Assembly: GCF_036365525.1 (NCBI RefSeq)
Contig: NC_090399.1
Coordinates: 13,019,558 to 13,083,557 of the forward strand
Direction: 5' to 3'
DNA from: Heterodontus francisci
Taxonomy: Eukaryota
DNA: 64,000 nucleotides
Below are positions 1-11,214 of the stretch, in pieces. The position numbers and the translations under genes are program-made. The notes below the pieces were generated by a model. That model was given only the letters and a program-made list of their open reading frames with translations. It searched no databases and was not told where the DNA came from. Each line of letters opens with the position of its first letter. Position 1 is the stretch's first letter.

Positions 1-599
1 AGCAATAAAGGCCAAAATTCCATTTGCCTTCTTAATTACTTGCTGCAACTGCAAGCTAACTTTTTGTGTTTCATGCACAAGAACACCCAGATCCCTCTGT
101 GCTGCTCTTTTTTGGAGTCTTTCTCCATTTAAATAATAGTCTGCCTTTTGATTCTTCCTACCAAAGTGGATGACCTCACGCTTCCCTACATTAAACTCCA
201 TCTGCAAAGTTTTTGCCCACTCACTCAACCTATCTATATCCCGTTGCAGATTACTTATGTCCTCATCACAACATGCCCTCCCACCTATTTTGGTACCATC
301 AGCCAATTTGGATATATTCCACTCTGCCCCCGCCTCCAAGTCATTAATATAGATAGTAAATAATTGAGGCTCCAGGACTGATCCTTGTGGCACTCCACTA
401 GTTATGTTTTTCCAACCTGAAAAAGACCCATTCATCCTGTCTCTCTGTCTTCTGTGTGTTAACCAATCTCCAATCCATGCTAATATATTACCCCCAATAC
501 TGTGAGCTCCTTTCTTGTGCAATAATCTTTGATGTGGCACCTTATCGAATGCCTTCTGGAAATTGAACTACACTACATCTACCGGTTCCCCTTTATTAA

Positions 600-944
600 C
601 AGTGGCGCAGTGGTTAGCACCGCAGCCTCACAGCTCCAGTGACCCAGGTTCAATTCTGGGTACTGCCTGTGTGGAGTTTGCAAGTTCTCCCTGTGTTTGC
701 ATGGGTTTCCTCCGGGTGCTCCGGTTTCCTCCCGCATGCCAAAAACGTGCAGGTTGATAGGTAAATTGGCCATTAGCAATTGCCCCTAGTATAGGTAGGT
801 GGTAGGGAAATATAGGGACAGGTGGCGATGTGGTAGGAATATGGAATTAATGTAGGATTAGTATAAATGGGTGGTTGATGGTCGGCACAGACTCGGTGGG
901 CCGAAGGGCCTGTTTCAGTGCTGTATCTCTAAACTAAACTAAAC
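600..944 (+). mobile_element. HE1-like tRNA-derived V-SINE inserted in CR1
   Basis: A box TGGCGCAGTGG (603-613), B box GGTTCAATTC (647-656), V-domain gggtttcctccgggtgctccggtttcctccc, CR1-like tail and (taaac)n end. CR1 sequence resumes at 'aactctgcttgtt'. Confidence 0.85.
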
Positions 945-2076
945 TCTGCTTGTTATATCCCCTAAGAACTCTAGCAAATTTGTCAAACATGATTTCCCTT
1001 TCACAGAACCAGGTTGACTCTGTTTGATTGCGTTACGCTTTCCGAAATGTCCTGCTATTTCTTTCTTAATAATGGACTCTAGCATTTTCCCAACGACCAA
1101 TGTTGGCTGATTGGCCTATAGTTTCCTGCTTTTTGCCTCCCTCCCTTCTTGAACAGGGGCGTCACATCAGCAGTTTTCCAATTCACGGGGACCCTTCCAG
1201 AATCCAGTGAGTTCTGGAAAATTTTGACCAATGCCTCCACTATCTCTGCAGCCACTTCCTGCAGAACCCTTGGATGTAGGCCACCAGGTCTCACGACTTG
1301 TCTGCCTTTTTCCCATTAATTTGTCAAATACTTTGTCCCTCGTGATAGAGATTGTTACGAGATCTTTCCTCCCATTAGCTCCTTGTTTATCTGATATCTG
1401 TGGGATGTTTATAGTGTTCTCCACCGTGAAGACCGTTGCAAAATATTGGTTTAAATTATCTGCCATTTCTCTGTTCCCCATTGTCAATTCTCCAATCTCA
1501 TCCTCCAAGGGTCCCAAGCCTACTTCAGCTACTCTGTTTCTTTTTCTATACCCGTAGAAGCTCTTGCTGTTTGTTTTTATATTTCTTGGCAATTTGCTTT
1601 CATAAACAGTTCTCTCTATTAGCTTTTTAGTCATCCGTTGCTGGTTCCCGAAAAATTCCCAATCCTCTGGCCGACCACTAGTTTTCGCTTTGTATGTCCT
1701 GGATTTTTTTTCATACACTCCTTGTCCACCTTTGTTAACCATGGGTGGTTCATCCTTTTCATCGAGTCTTTCTTTATGACTGGGAGAAATTTTTGCTGAT
1801 TGTTATGAAATGTCTGCACTGCTCATCCGCTGACCTTCCCGTTAGTCTATTTTCCTAGCCCGCTTTAGACAAATCTTTCTTCATACCTCTATAATTGTTT
1901 AAGTTGAGGACACTGGTTTGAGACCCGAATTGCTCACCCTCAAACTGAATTTGAAATTCTACCAGGTTGTGATCGCTATCCCCTAGAGGATCCTTAACTA
2001 CGATAGCTCTTATTAATTCTACCTCATTACACATTATTAGGTCTAAAATAGCCTTTTGCGAGGTAGGTTCTGCAAT

Positions 2077-2336
2077 AGAACATAGGACATTACAGCGCGG
2101 TACAGGCCCTTCAGCCCTCGATGTTACGCCGACCTGTGAAACCATCTGACCTACACTATTCCATTTTCATCCATATGTCTATCCAATGACCACTTAAATG
2201 CCCTTAAAGTTGGCGAGTCTACTACTGTTGCAGGCAGGGCGTTCCACGCCCCTACTACTCTCTGTGTAAAGAAACTACCTCTGACATCTGTCCTATATCT
2301 ATCACCCCTCAACTTAAAGCTATGTCCCCTCGTGTT
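2077..2336 (-). mobile_element. 5'-truncated CR1 3' end nested in older CR1
   Basis: Encodes TRGHSFKL...[14 protein letters not shown]; flanked by tgcaat direct repeats (2071-2076 and 2337-2342). Confidence 0.75.
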
Positions 2337-2843
2337 TGCAATGTATTGCTCTAAGTAACAATCCCTGATGCAGTCGACAAATTTGTCTTCCATGTTACCT
2401 CTCAATCTGATTTGTCCAGTCAATATACAGATTAAAATCACCCATGACAATTGTAGTGCCCTTCTTACGCACCTCTGTTATTTCCTGATTCATACTTTGT
2501 CCTACAATAAGACGACTCCCACCCATGACTTCTTCCCCTTGCTATTCCTTATTTCCATCCATACAGATTCCACTTCATGATGTATTGCACCTATATCACT
2601 ATTCACCGCCACACTGATACCTTCCTTCATTAACAAAGCTACCCCACCTCATATATATTTATATAATATATACACATATAATTTGTTGTTTTTGATGGAG
2701 GGATGGCTTTATAATCTCATCAGATGCACAATTGTACTGCAAATCTGAAAAATGCAAAAGATTAGACAGTAATCAACAGCGGGAAAGAAAAATAGAAAGA
2801 ACGTGCCTTGATCCTGACTCACACTTAGTTCCATTCACTCATT

Positions 2844-5800
2844 AACCCAGAGACCCAGGGTATTGCTGTGGGGACATGGGTTCAAATCCCACCACAGCAG
2901 CAGGTGGAATTTGAATTCAATTAATAAATCTGGAATTGAAAAAAGCTAGCCTGATGATGGCCATGAAACCATTGTCGATTGTTGTAAAAACCCATCTGGT
3001 TTGCTAATGACCTTTAGGGAAGGAAATCTGCTGTCCTTACCTGGTCTGGCCTCCATGTGACTCCAGACTCACAGCAATGTGGTTGAGTCTTACATGCCCT
3101 CTGAAATGGCCTAGCAAGCCACTCAGTTGTATCTAACCGCTACGAAGTCAATAAAAAAGAATGAAACTGGATGGACCACCCGGCATCGACCTAGGCACCG
3201 GAAACGACAATGGCAAACCCAGCCCTGTGGACCCTGCAAAGTCCTCCTTACTAACGCCTGGGGGCATGTGCCAAAGTTGGGAGAGCTCTCCCATAGACTA
3301 GTCAAGCAACAGCCTGACATAGTCACACTCACTGAATCACACCTGACAGAAAATGTCCCGGACACTGCCATCACCATCCCCGGGTATGTCCTATCCCATC
3401 GGTAGGACAGACCCAGCAGAGGTGGCGACACAGTGGTATACAGTCGAGAGGAAGTTTCCCTGGGCATCCTCAACATTGACTCTGGACCCCATGAAGTCTC
3501 ATGGCATCAGGTCAAACATGGACAAGGAAACCTCCTGCTGATTACCACCTACCAACCTCCCTCAACTGATGAATCAGTACCCCTCCATGTTGAACAACAC
3601 TTGGAGGAAGCACTGAGGGTGGCAAGGGGACAGAACGTACTCTGGGTGGGGGACTTCAATGTCCATCACCAAGAGTGGTTCGGTAGCACCACTACTGACC
3701 GGGATGACCGAATCCGAAAGGACATAGCTGCTAGACTGGGTATGCGGCAGGTGCTGAGGGAACCAACAAGAGGGAAAAACATACTTGACCTCGTCCTCAC
3801 CAATCTGCCTGCCGCAGATGCATCTGTCCATGATAGTATTGTAGGAGTGACCACCGCACAGTCCTTGTGGAGACTAAGTCCCACCTTCACATTGAGGATA
3901 CCCTCCGTCGTGTTGTGTGGCACTACCACCGTGCTACATGGGATTGATTTTGAACAGATCTAGCAGTGCTAAACTGGGAATCCATGAGTTGCTGTGGGCC
4001 ATCAGCAGCAGCAGAGTTGTACTCAACCACAATCTGTAACCTCGTGGCCTGGCATATCCTCCACTCCACCATTTCCATCAAGCCAGGAGACCAACCCTGG
4101 TTCATTGAATGACACAGGAGGGCCTGCAGGGAGCAGCACTAGGCATACCTCAGAATGAGGTGTCAACCTGGTGAAGCGACAACACAAGATTATCTGTGTG
4201 CCAAACTGTGTAAGCAGCATGTGATAGAGCTAAGCAATCCCATAACCAACGGATCATTTCTAAGCTCTGCAGTCCTGCCTCATCCAGCCGTAAATGGTGG
4301 TGGACAATTAAACAACTAACTGGAGTAGGTGGCTCCACAAATATCCCCATCCTCAATGATGGGGGAGCCCAGCACATCAGTGCGAAAGATAAGGCTGAAG
4401 CATTTGCACCAATCTTCAGCCAGAAGTGCCGAGTTGACGATCCATCTCGGCCTCCTCCTGAAGTCCCCAGCATCACAGATGCCAGACTTCAGCCAATGCG
4501 ATTTACTCTGCGTGATATCAAGAAACGACTGAAGGCACTGGATACTGGAAAGGCTATGGGCCCTGACAGTATTCCGGCAATTGTACTGAAGACCTGTGCT
4601 CCAGAACCTGCCGCGCCCCAAGCCAAGCTGTTCTATTACAGCTACAACACTGGCATCTACCCTGGCGGGCAGCCATAAAGACGGGGCTAAAATGTGGCAA
4701 GTCGAAGAGACTTGGTAGTTGGCAGGAAAAAAGACAGAGGCGCAAGGGGAGAGCCAACTGTGCAACAGCCCTGACAAACAAATTTCTCTGCAGCACCTGT
4801 GGAAGAGCCTGTCACTCTAGAATTGGCCTTTATAGCCACTCCAGGCACTGCTTCACAAACCACTGACCACCTCCAGGCGCGTATCCATTGTCTCTCGAGA
4901 TAAGGAGGCCAAAGATAACAACACTGGCATCTACTCTGCAATGTGGAAAATTGCCCAGGTATGTCCTGTACACAAAAAGCAGGAAAGTCCCAAACACCCA
5001 ATTACTGTCCCATCAGCGTACTCTCAATCATCAGTAAGGTGAGAGAAGGTGTCATCAACAGTGCCATCAAGCAGCACTTGCCTGCTGAGTGATGCTCAGT
5101 TTGGGTTCCACCAGGGCCACTCAGTTCCTGACTTCATTACAGCCTTGGTTGGAACAGATTGGCTTGGGGCATGGCAAGTTCTGGAGCACAGGTTTTCAGT
5201 ACCATTGCCGGAATATTGTCAGGGCCCATCGCCTTGACAGTATCCAGTGCCTTCAGTCATTTCTTGATATCATGCGGAATGAATTGAACAAAAGAGCTGA
5301 ACTCAAGAGGTGAGATGAGATTGACTGCCCTTGACATCAAGGCACCATTTGACCGTGCATGGCATCAAGGAGCCTGAGCAAAACTGAAGTGAATGGGAAT
5401 CAGGGGGAAAACTCTCCGCTGGTTGGAGTCATACCTAGCACAAAGGAAGATGGTTGTGGTTGTTGGAGGTCAATCATCTGAGCTCCAGGACATCACTGCA
5501 GGAGTTCCTCAGGATAGTGTCCTAGGCCCAACCATCTTCAGCTGCTTCATCAATGACCTTCTTTCAATCATAAGGTCAGAAGTGGGGATGTTTGCTGATG
5601 ATTGCACAATGTTCAGCACCATTCACACCTCCTCAGATACTGAAGCAGTCTGTGTAGAAATGCAGCAGGACTTGGACAATATCCAGGCTTGGGCTGATAA
5701 GTGGCAAGTAACACTCGCGCCACACAAATGCCAGGCAATGACCATCTCCAACAAGAGAGAATCTAACTATCTAACCATCTCCCCTTGACATTCAATGGCA

Positions 5801-6035
5801 TTACCATCGCTGAATCCCCCACTATCAACATCCTAGGGGCTACCATTGACCAGAAACTGAACTGGAGTATCCATATAAATACCGTGGCTGCAAGAGCAGG
5901 TCAGAGGCTATGAATCCTGCGGCAAATAACTCACCTCCTGACTCCCCAAAGCCTGTCCACCAAGGGCAATTAGAGATGGGCAATAAATGCTGGCCTGGCC
6001 TGTGATGTCCGCATCACATGAATGAACAAAAAAAA
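2844..6035 (+). mobile_element. Near full-length single-ORF non-LTR retrotransposon (CR1/L2 group; APE + RT), degenerate, with tRNA-like 5' head
   Basis: APE motifs (PDIVTLTES, VGDFNVHH, LDLVLTN) and RT motifs (GVPQDSVLGP, FADD, WADKWQV). B-box GGTTCAAATCC at 2879-2889; ends catgaatgaac-(A)n. Confidence 0.85.
4661..4917 (+). mobile_element. 5'-truncated RTE-clade LINE 3' end with 17-bp TSD
   Basis: Encodes EKRQRRK...FLCSTCGRACHSRIGLYSHSRHC* (RTE C-terminal Cys/His motif); TSD acaacactggcatctac at 4644-4660 and 4918-4934. Confidence 0.8.
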
Positions 6036-6371
6036 ATTATCCCGTGCTTGCTGACCTACATTAGCTTCTAGACTGTCAAGGCCACAAATCTAAAACTCGC
6101 ATCCTGATATTTAGATCCCTCCATGGACTTGCCCCTCCCTATCCCTGTAACTCTGTTCAATCCTACCATTCTCCGGGCTCTCAGTCCTCTGCCAATTCAG
6201 ATGTGCAACCCTGATTTTGTTCACTCCACCACTGGCAGGCATGCCTTCAGCTGTCTAGGCCCTCAGATTTGGAAATCCCTCCCTAAATCTCTCTGCCTAT
6301 CTCTTTTGTATAATTCCTGCAGAACCTTTTGTTGATCTGTCCCAATATCTAGCTATGTGGCTCGGTGTGAA

Positions 6372-6655
6372 ATGACCAGATACCGTGTTTGATTGATGTT
6401 GGTTGTGGAATAAATGTTGGCTAGGATTCTGGGAAAAACACCCTTGCTTTTCTTTGGAATAGTGCCATGGGATCTTTTACAGCTACCTGAGGGCAGACAG
6501 GGTCTCGATTTAGCATCTCATTGAAAAGTCAGCAGATTTGCCATTGTAATACTGTCTCGGTAGTGCATTGGGAGTATCAGCCTGCATAATGGGATGAAGT
6601 TTCTGGTGTGGGGTTTGAACTCTTGATCTTCTTGAGGTCACCACTGAGCGAAGGT
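6372..6655 (-). mobile_element. DeuSINE (SacSINE1-like) fragment; duplicate at ~14675-14950
   Basis: Reverse complement of the Deu domain (aatagtgccatgggatcttttac...cctgagggcagacaggg) and B-box-like tttgaactc. Confidence 0.7.
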
Positions 6656-7129
6656 TGAGAGTGCAGATCCAACACCGTCTGTGCTGTATCAACAATTAGC
6701 TTGTTTGAAGTAGGGTTTAAATAGTATCTTGAAAGAGCTGGAGTGGTGTTGGGAACGAATCCCATGGCTTGGGGCCTAAATTCCAGCTGTGGAAGTCTCT
6801 CAGTATCTTTGTATTTGAAGTTGACGCATCTATTGGGCTTTGCAATTGTCTTATTACCTCTTGACACGGAGTGCCCGAGTTGAACAGTCGCAGAGTGCAA
6901 CATTGCCACCTGCAGTCTCAGCAGGGGAACAAGTGCTTCTCTGCTATTGAACTTGCTGGACTGTGAGGGCATCAGATTTACAGTTCAGCCTACCCTGAGC
7001 AGAAAGAAATAAGAAGCAGAGGAGGTTCATACCAATAACTAACTCAGAGATTATTTGCAGAGATGAAATAAATTTTATAATTAATTACCATCCAGTGAGT
7101 TTGGTTTTTGGTTTGATTGACATCGATGT

Positions 7130-7482
7130 GAACATGGAAAATAGGAGCAGGAGGAGGACATTCGGTCCATCAAGTCTGCTCCGCCAGTCATTATGATCAT
7201 GGCTGATCAGCCAACTCAGTAGCCTGTTCCCACCTTCACCCCATATCCTTTGATCCCTTTAGACCCAAGAGCTACATCTAACTCCTTCTTGAAAACATAC
7301 AATGTTTTGGCCTCAACTGCTTTCTGTGGCAGCGAATTCCACAGGCTCACCACTCTCTGGGTGAAGAAATTTCTCATCTCAGTCCTGAAAGGTTTACCCC
7401 ATATCCTTAGACAATGTCCCGTGGTTCTGGACTCCCCCACCATCGGGAACATCTTTCCTGCATCTACCCTGTCAAGTCCTGT
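7130..7482 (-). mobile_element. CR1 3' end, present only in duplication unit A
   Basis: ORF 7216-7452 (FFTQRVVSLWNSLP); the paralogous site at ~15420-15440 lacks it. Confidence 0.8.
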
Positions 7483-8008
7483 TTATAGTTAGTCTGGATG
7501 ATAATGCACCAATGGTGTCCATACGTGTATTGTAATTTTGACCAGTGCATCAACTACTTGGATTTATATAGTGTCTTTCGTATTGTAAAACATCCAGCAG
7601 ACAATGACTTTGTGAGAGAAAAAGAATACACTGGACCTCGCACCTTCTCTGCAAGTTGCAACGGAGATATGGCAATTTATCCCCTGACCTATAATCATTT
7701 AATTTACACCAAAGCTTGTTTCAAAGTTCTGTCAAAGTTCTTTTTAATTCAGTGACTGCACTTCAGAAATAGTATTTCACTGGCTGTAAAACACTTTGGG
7801 ACATCCTCAGCTCACAAAAGGGGTGAAAAAAATAAAAAAATAGATCTTTCTTCCTAATTGCACCAGAATTAGGAAAAATCCCAGTGATGGTGTTAAACTT
7901 GCGTGGGAATTAAATTGACCAAGAGGAAAATAGATCAATATTTCAAGCACAGATTTAAAAATATATTCTCGGCAGAAAGCACCACAAATAAACGTAGTAA
8001 ATAAACCT

Positions 8009-8014
8009 TTTATT
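8009..8014 (-). terminator. Putative polyadenylation signal of HSP70 copy 1
   Basis: AATAAA on the minus strand ~380 nt past the stop codon; conserved in copy 2 (15956-15961). Confidence 0.6.
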
Positions 8015-8392
8015 AGACTTTTTAAAAAATTCAGTCCGGCTGTCAACAAGTTTACATTATCAGCAAAATATAAAAGTATTAAATTAAGTCCTTATCTGTA
8101 CATGGAGAAAATTTCTATATAGATCAAAAACAAGATGACTCTTTTCAATAGCATTCAGTAAATCAATTTATAAAGTGACTAAAATTTACAAAAGTCAGTA
8201 CGCTGCAGCTTCAGTTCACAGAAGGAGTACTACCATCATTCGGAAAAGTCAGAGTGGATCACTCAGTGTAGTACTGAGACATCTAGCCCAGCCAAGTCCT
8301 CCTCTGTCAGTCTGGATCACAAACGACACAACCTTTGTAACATTGAGCTCTCATAAGAGTCCAAAATTGTTATATGTTGGATTTCCAGTCTT

Positions 8393-10324
8393 TTAATCCA
8401 CCTCCTCCACAGTTGGTCCTGTGTATGTGGCTTTTCCAGCCTGGGTTCTGCAAGATCCCCCTGCGGCTGTTGATGCTCCTCCTTGGTACAGGTTGGTAAT
8501 GATGGGACGGCAGAGTTTTTCCAGCTCTTTCAGCTGGTACTCAAACTCCTCCTTCTCTGCCATCTGATTGTTCTCCAGCCACAATATTGCCTGGTTGCAC
8601 TGGTCAATGATCTTCTTCTTATCTTCCTCACTGATCTTACTTCTCACATTCTCATCCTCCACTGCGCTCTTCATGTTGAAGGCGTAGGACTCCAGCGAAT
8701 TCTTGGCTGCGATCTTTTGGCGTTGGACTTCATCCTCAGTTTTGTACTTTTCTGCATCCTGCACCATCCTCTCAATTTCCTCCTTACTCAGCCTGCCCTT
8801 GTCATTGTTGATGGTGATCTTGTTTGTTTTGCCAGTGCTCTTGTCAACAGCAGAAACATTTAGGATGCCATTGGCATCAATATCAAAGGTGACCTCAATC
8901 TGTGGCACACCACGGGAGGCAGGAGCAATGCCACTCAAGTCAAATTTGCCCAGAAGATTGTTGTCCTTGGTCATGGCTCTCTCCCCTTCATACACCTGAA
9001 TAAGGACACCGGGCTGGTTATCAGAGTAGGTGCTGAAGATCTGAGTCTGCTTGGTGGGAATGGTGGTGTTACGCTTGATGAGTGTGGTCATGACTCCTCC
9101 TGCTGTCTCAAGACCCAGAGACAGAGCAGCGACATCCAGGAGAAGTAGATCCTGAACATTCTCCGACTTGTCCCCCATCAGGATAGCCGCTTGAACAGCT
9201 GCTCCATAGGCCACGGCCTCATCAGGATTGATGCTCTTGTTCAGCTCCTTGCCATTGAAGAAATCCTGCAGCAATTTCTGGATCTTGGGGATGCGGGTGG
9301 AGCCGCCAACCAAGACAACATCATGGATGTGCGATTTGTCCAACTTGGCGTCTCTCAGAGCTTTCTCCACTGGTTCCAGAGTGCCTCTGAACAGGTCAGA
9401 GTTCAGCTCCTCAAACCGAGCCCTGGTGATGGATGTGTAGAAGTCTATGCCTTCAAACAGAGAGTCAATCTCAATACTGGCTTGAGTGCTGGAAGACAGG
9501 GTTCTCTTTGCTCTCTCACAGGCTGTCCTCAGCCTCCTGACTGCCCTCTTGTTCTGACTGATGTCCTTTTTGTATTTACGCTTGAACTCCTCAATGAAGT
9601 GATTGACCATGCGATTATCAAAGTCCTCTCCACCCAAGTGGGTGTCACCAGCTGTCGATTTCACTTCAAAGATACCGTCGTCAATGGAGAGAACAGACAC
9701 GTCGAAGGTGCCACCTCCCAAGTCAAAGATGAGAACATTGTGATCTCCTCTGCCCTTCTTGTCTAGTCCGTAGGCAATGGCAGCTGCCGTCGGCTCATTG
9801 ATGACACGGAGGACATTGAGACCAGCGATCACACCAGCATCTTTGGTTGCCTGGCGCTGGGAGTCATTGAAGTAAGCGGGCACAGTGATAACAGCATTGG
9901 TGACAGTGTGTCCCAGGTAAGCCTCAGCCGTCTCCTTCATCTTGGTCAGCACCATTGAGGAGATTTCCTCAGGGTAAAAGGTTTTATCCTCACCCTTGTA
10001 CTCGACCTTCACCTTGGGCTTCCCGGCATCATTCACCACCTGGAAGGGCCAGTGCTTCATGTCAGATTGGACCATTGGGTCGTCAAATTTCCTCCCGATG
10101 AGCCTCTTGGCATCAAAGATGGTGTTGGGTGGGTTCAGAGCCACCTGGTTTTTGGCCGCGTCTCCAATGAGCCTCTCGGTGTCGTTGAAGGCCACATAGC
10201 TGGGGGTGGTGCGGTTGCCCTGGTCATTGGCGATGATCTCCACCTTGCCATGCTGGAAGACCCCCACGCAGGAGTACGTGGTTCCCAGGTCGATACCAAT
10301 GGCTGTTCCTTTCGCTGCAGGCAT
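8393..10324 (-). CDS. hsp70: Heat shock 70 kDa protein, inducible intronless HSPA1-like (copy 1), 643 aa
   Basis: [22 protein letters not shown] and [14 protein letters not shown] signatures; cytosolic C-terminal EEVD; single exon; HSE promoter. Confidence 0.98.
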   Translation of the reverse strand: MPAAKGTAIGIDLGTTYSCVGVFQHGKVEIIANDQGNRTTPSYVAFNDTERLIGDAAKNQVALNPPNTIFDAKRLIGRKFDDPMVQSDMKHWPFQVVNDAGKPKVKVEYKGEDKTFYPEEISSMVLTKMKETAEAYLGHTVTNAVITVPAYFNDSQRQATKDAGVIAGLNVLRVINEPTAAAIAYGLDKKGRGDHNVLIFDLGGGTFDVSVLSIDDGIFEVKSTAGDTHLGGEDFDNRMVNHFIEEFKRKYKKDISQNKRAVRRLRTACERAKRTLSSSTQASIEIDSLFEGIDFYTSITRARFEELNSDLFRGTLEPVEKALRDAKLDKSHIHDVVLVGGSTRIPKIQKLLQDFFNGKELNKSINPDEAVAYGAAVQAAILMGDKSENVQDLLLLDVAALSLGLETAGGVMTTLIKRNTTIPTKQTQIFSTYSDNQPGVLIQVYEGERAMTKDNNLLGKFDLSGIAPASRGVPQIEVTFDIDANGILNVSAVDKSTGKTNKITINNDKGRLSKEEIERMVQDAEKYKTEDEVQRQKIAAKNSLESYAFNMKSAVEDENVRSKISEEDKKKIIDQCNQAILWLENNQMAEKEEFEYQLKELEKLCRPIITNLYQGGASTAAGGSCRTQAGKATYTGPTVEEVD

Positions 10325-10450
10325 TTTCTGTCTTGGTAAAAGTCACTTAAATTCACTCTGCTGCTGTGTAGTTTTCCACTTGCAACAATCCCGCTCCCAA
10401 CTCGTAACCTCTCCAAGTCGATTGTAATTCAAGTCACTGCAGCTCCTCCC

Positions 10451-10690
10451 TTTATAAAGCCTCCGCGCAGAGCAGGGGGCGGCACCTAGCGGTTGCTTGA
10501 CGCGGCCTGGACCAATCCGAACGCGGCTCTGTGAGCTCACCGCAGAAGGTTGGAGAAGGTTCTGAAGCGGCGGCCAATCGCAGCGCGGCAAGTCCGCGAG
10601 ACGTGGAGAGACCGAGAGGTTTCTGGAAGCAGCGAGTCCGTGGGCGAAGCTTCTGGAAAGAGGTGGAAATTTCCCCAGGAATCCGGGGAA
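10451..10690 (-). promoter_or_regulatory. HSP70 copy 1 heat-shock promoter
   Basis: TATAAA 10451-10456 (-); CCAAT 10512-10516 and ~10574-10578; HSE arrays aGAAg gTTGg aGAAg gTTCt (10544-10563), 10615-10629 and perfect cGAAg cTTCt gGAAa (10645-10659), with in-register gGAAa tTTCc (10665-10674); CpG-rich. Confidence 0.9.
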
Positions 10691-11214
10691 AAGGGAGGGA
10701 ATAGGGAAAGGAGGGGGGAAACAGAACCGGACTGTGATCAGCTGGGAGCTGGTGGCCGCGGGCAGGAGGAGCAGAGTGACGAGGAGGTTGCCAACCCTCC
10801 CGGATTACCCGGGAGTCTGAGGAAAATGAGGATAAATGTCCTGGACAAGCAACACCCGGGAGAAAAACACACAGAGACAGAGACATTGGAAAAGTTGTGT
10901 TTTTTCAATTTTAAACACTTTAGTAAGATAGTTATTTTGATTGGGGGCTACTGAAAACGACCACAAATGGAGCTGAAGGCTGTTGAACTTGATTGTAAAC
11001 TGAAATGAAGCTGCAGGTTGGGTTTGAAAGAGCCAGCAGAGATGAGATGGACCTGAGTCCAGCAGATGGGGCTGAACCTCCTTTTAACTCCTTCTGACAG
11101 GAGAGTATTACGGCCACGTGAGGAGGGGGATCACAGTTGCCCCTCTTGTCCTTGCTCTGATCTGACAGTGGTTGTGCTTACCCCCTCTGTGAGTGTTTTA
11201 CCTTTTCACTTTCG

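Larger units (their letters stand above)
1..2645 (-). mobile_element. Degenerate CR1-type LINE (ORF2 endonuclease/RT fragment) carrying two nested insertions
   Basis: Minus-strand ORF fragments with CR1 ORF2 motifs (LGDSDHN, LDLIMCN, NWKTADVTPLFKKG, NYRPIS), broken by stops and frameshifts. Confidence 0.85.

Noticed and set aside
600-670. tRNA genes suggested by A/B boxes (also ~2879, ~26252, ~40960, ~62255)
   Set aside because: Each continues into a SINE or LINE body and lacks a complete cloverleaf, so they are tRNA-derived heads.
3127-5788. Active retrotransposon ORF2 or a domesticated RT gene
   Set aside because: Multiple stops, frameshifts, nested insertions and a 3' deletion; no intact RT ORF anywhere in the window.
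8483-10427. Antisense ORFs overlapping HSP70 (also 16433-18289 and 59375-61231)
   Set aside because: Well-known by-product of HSP70 codon usage; fragmented, and conserved only because the sense CDS is.
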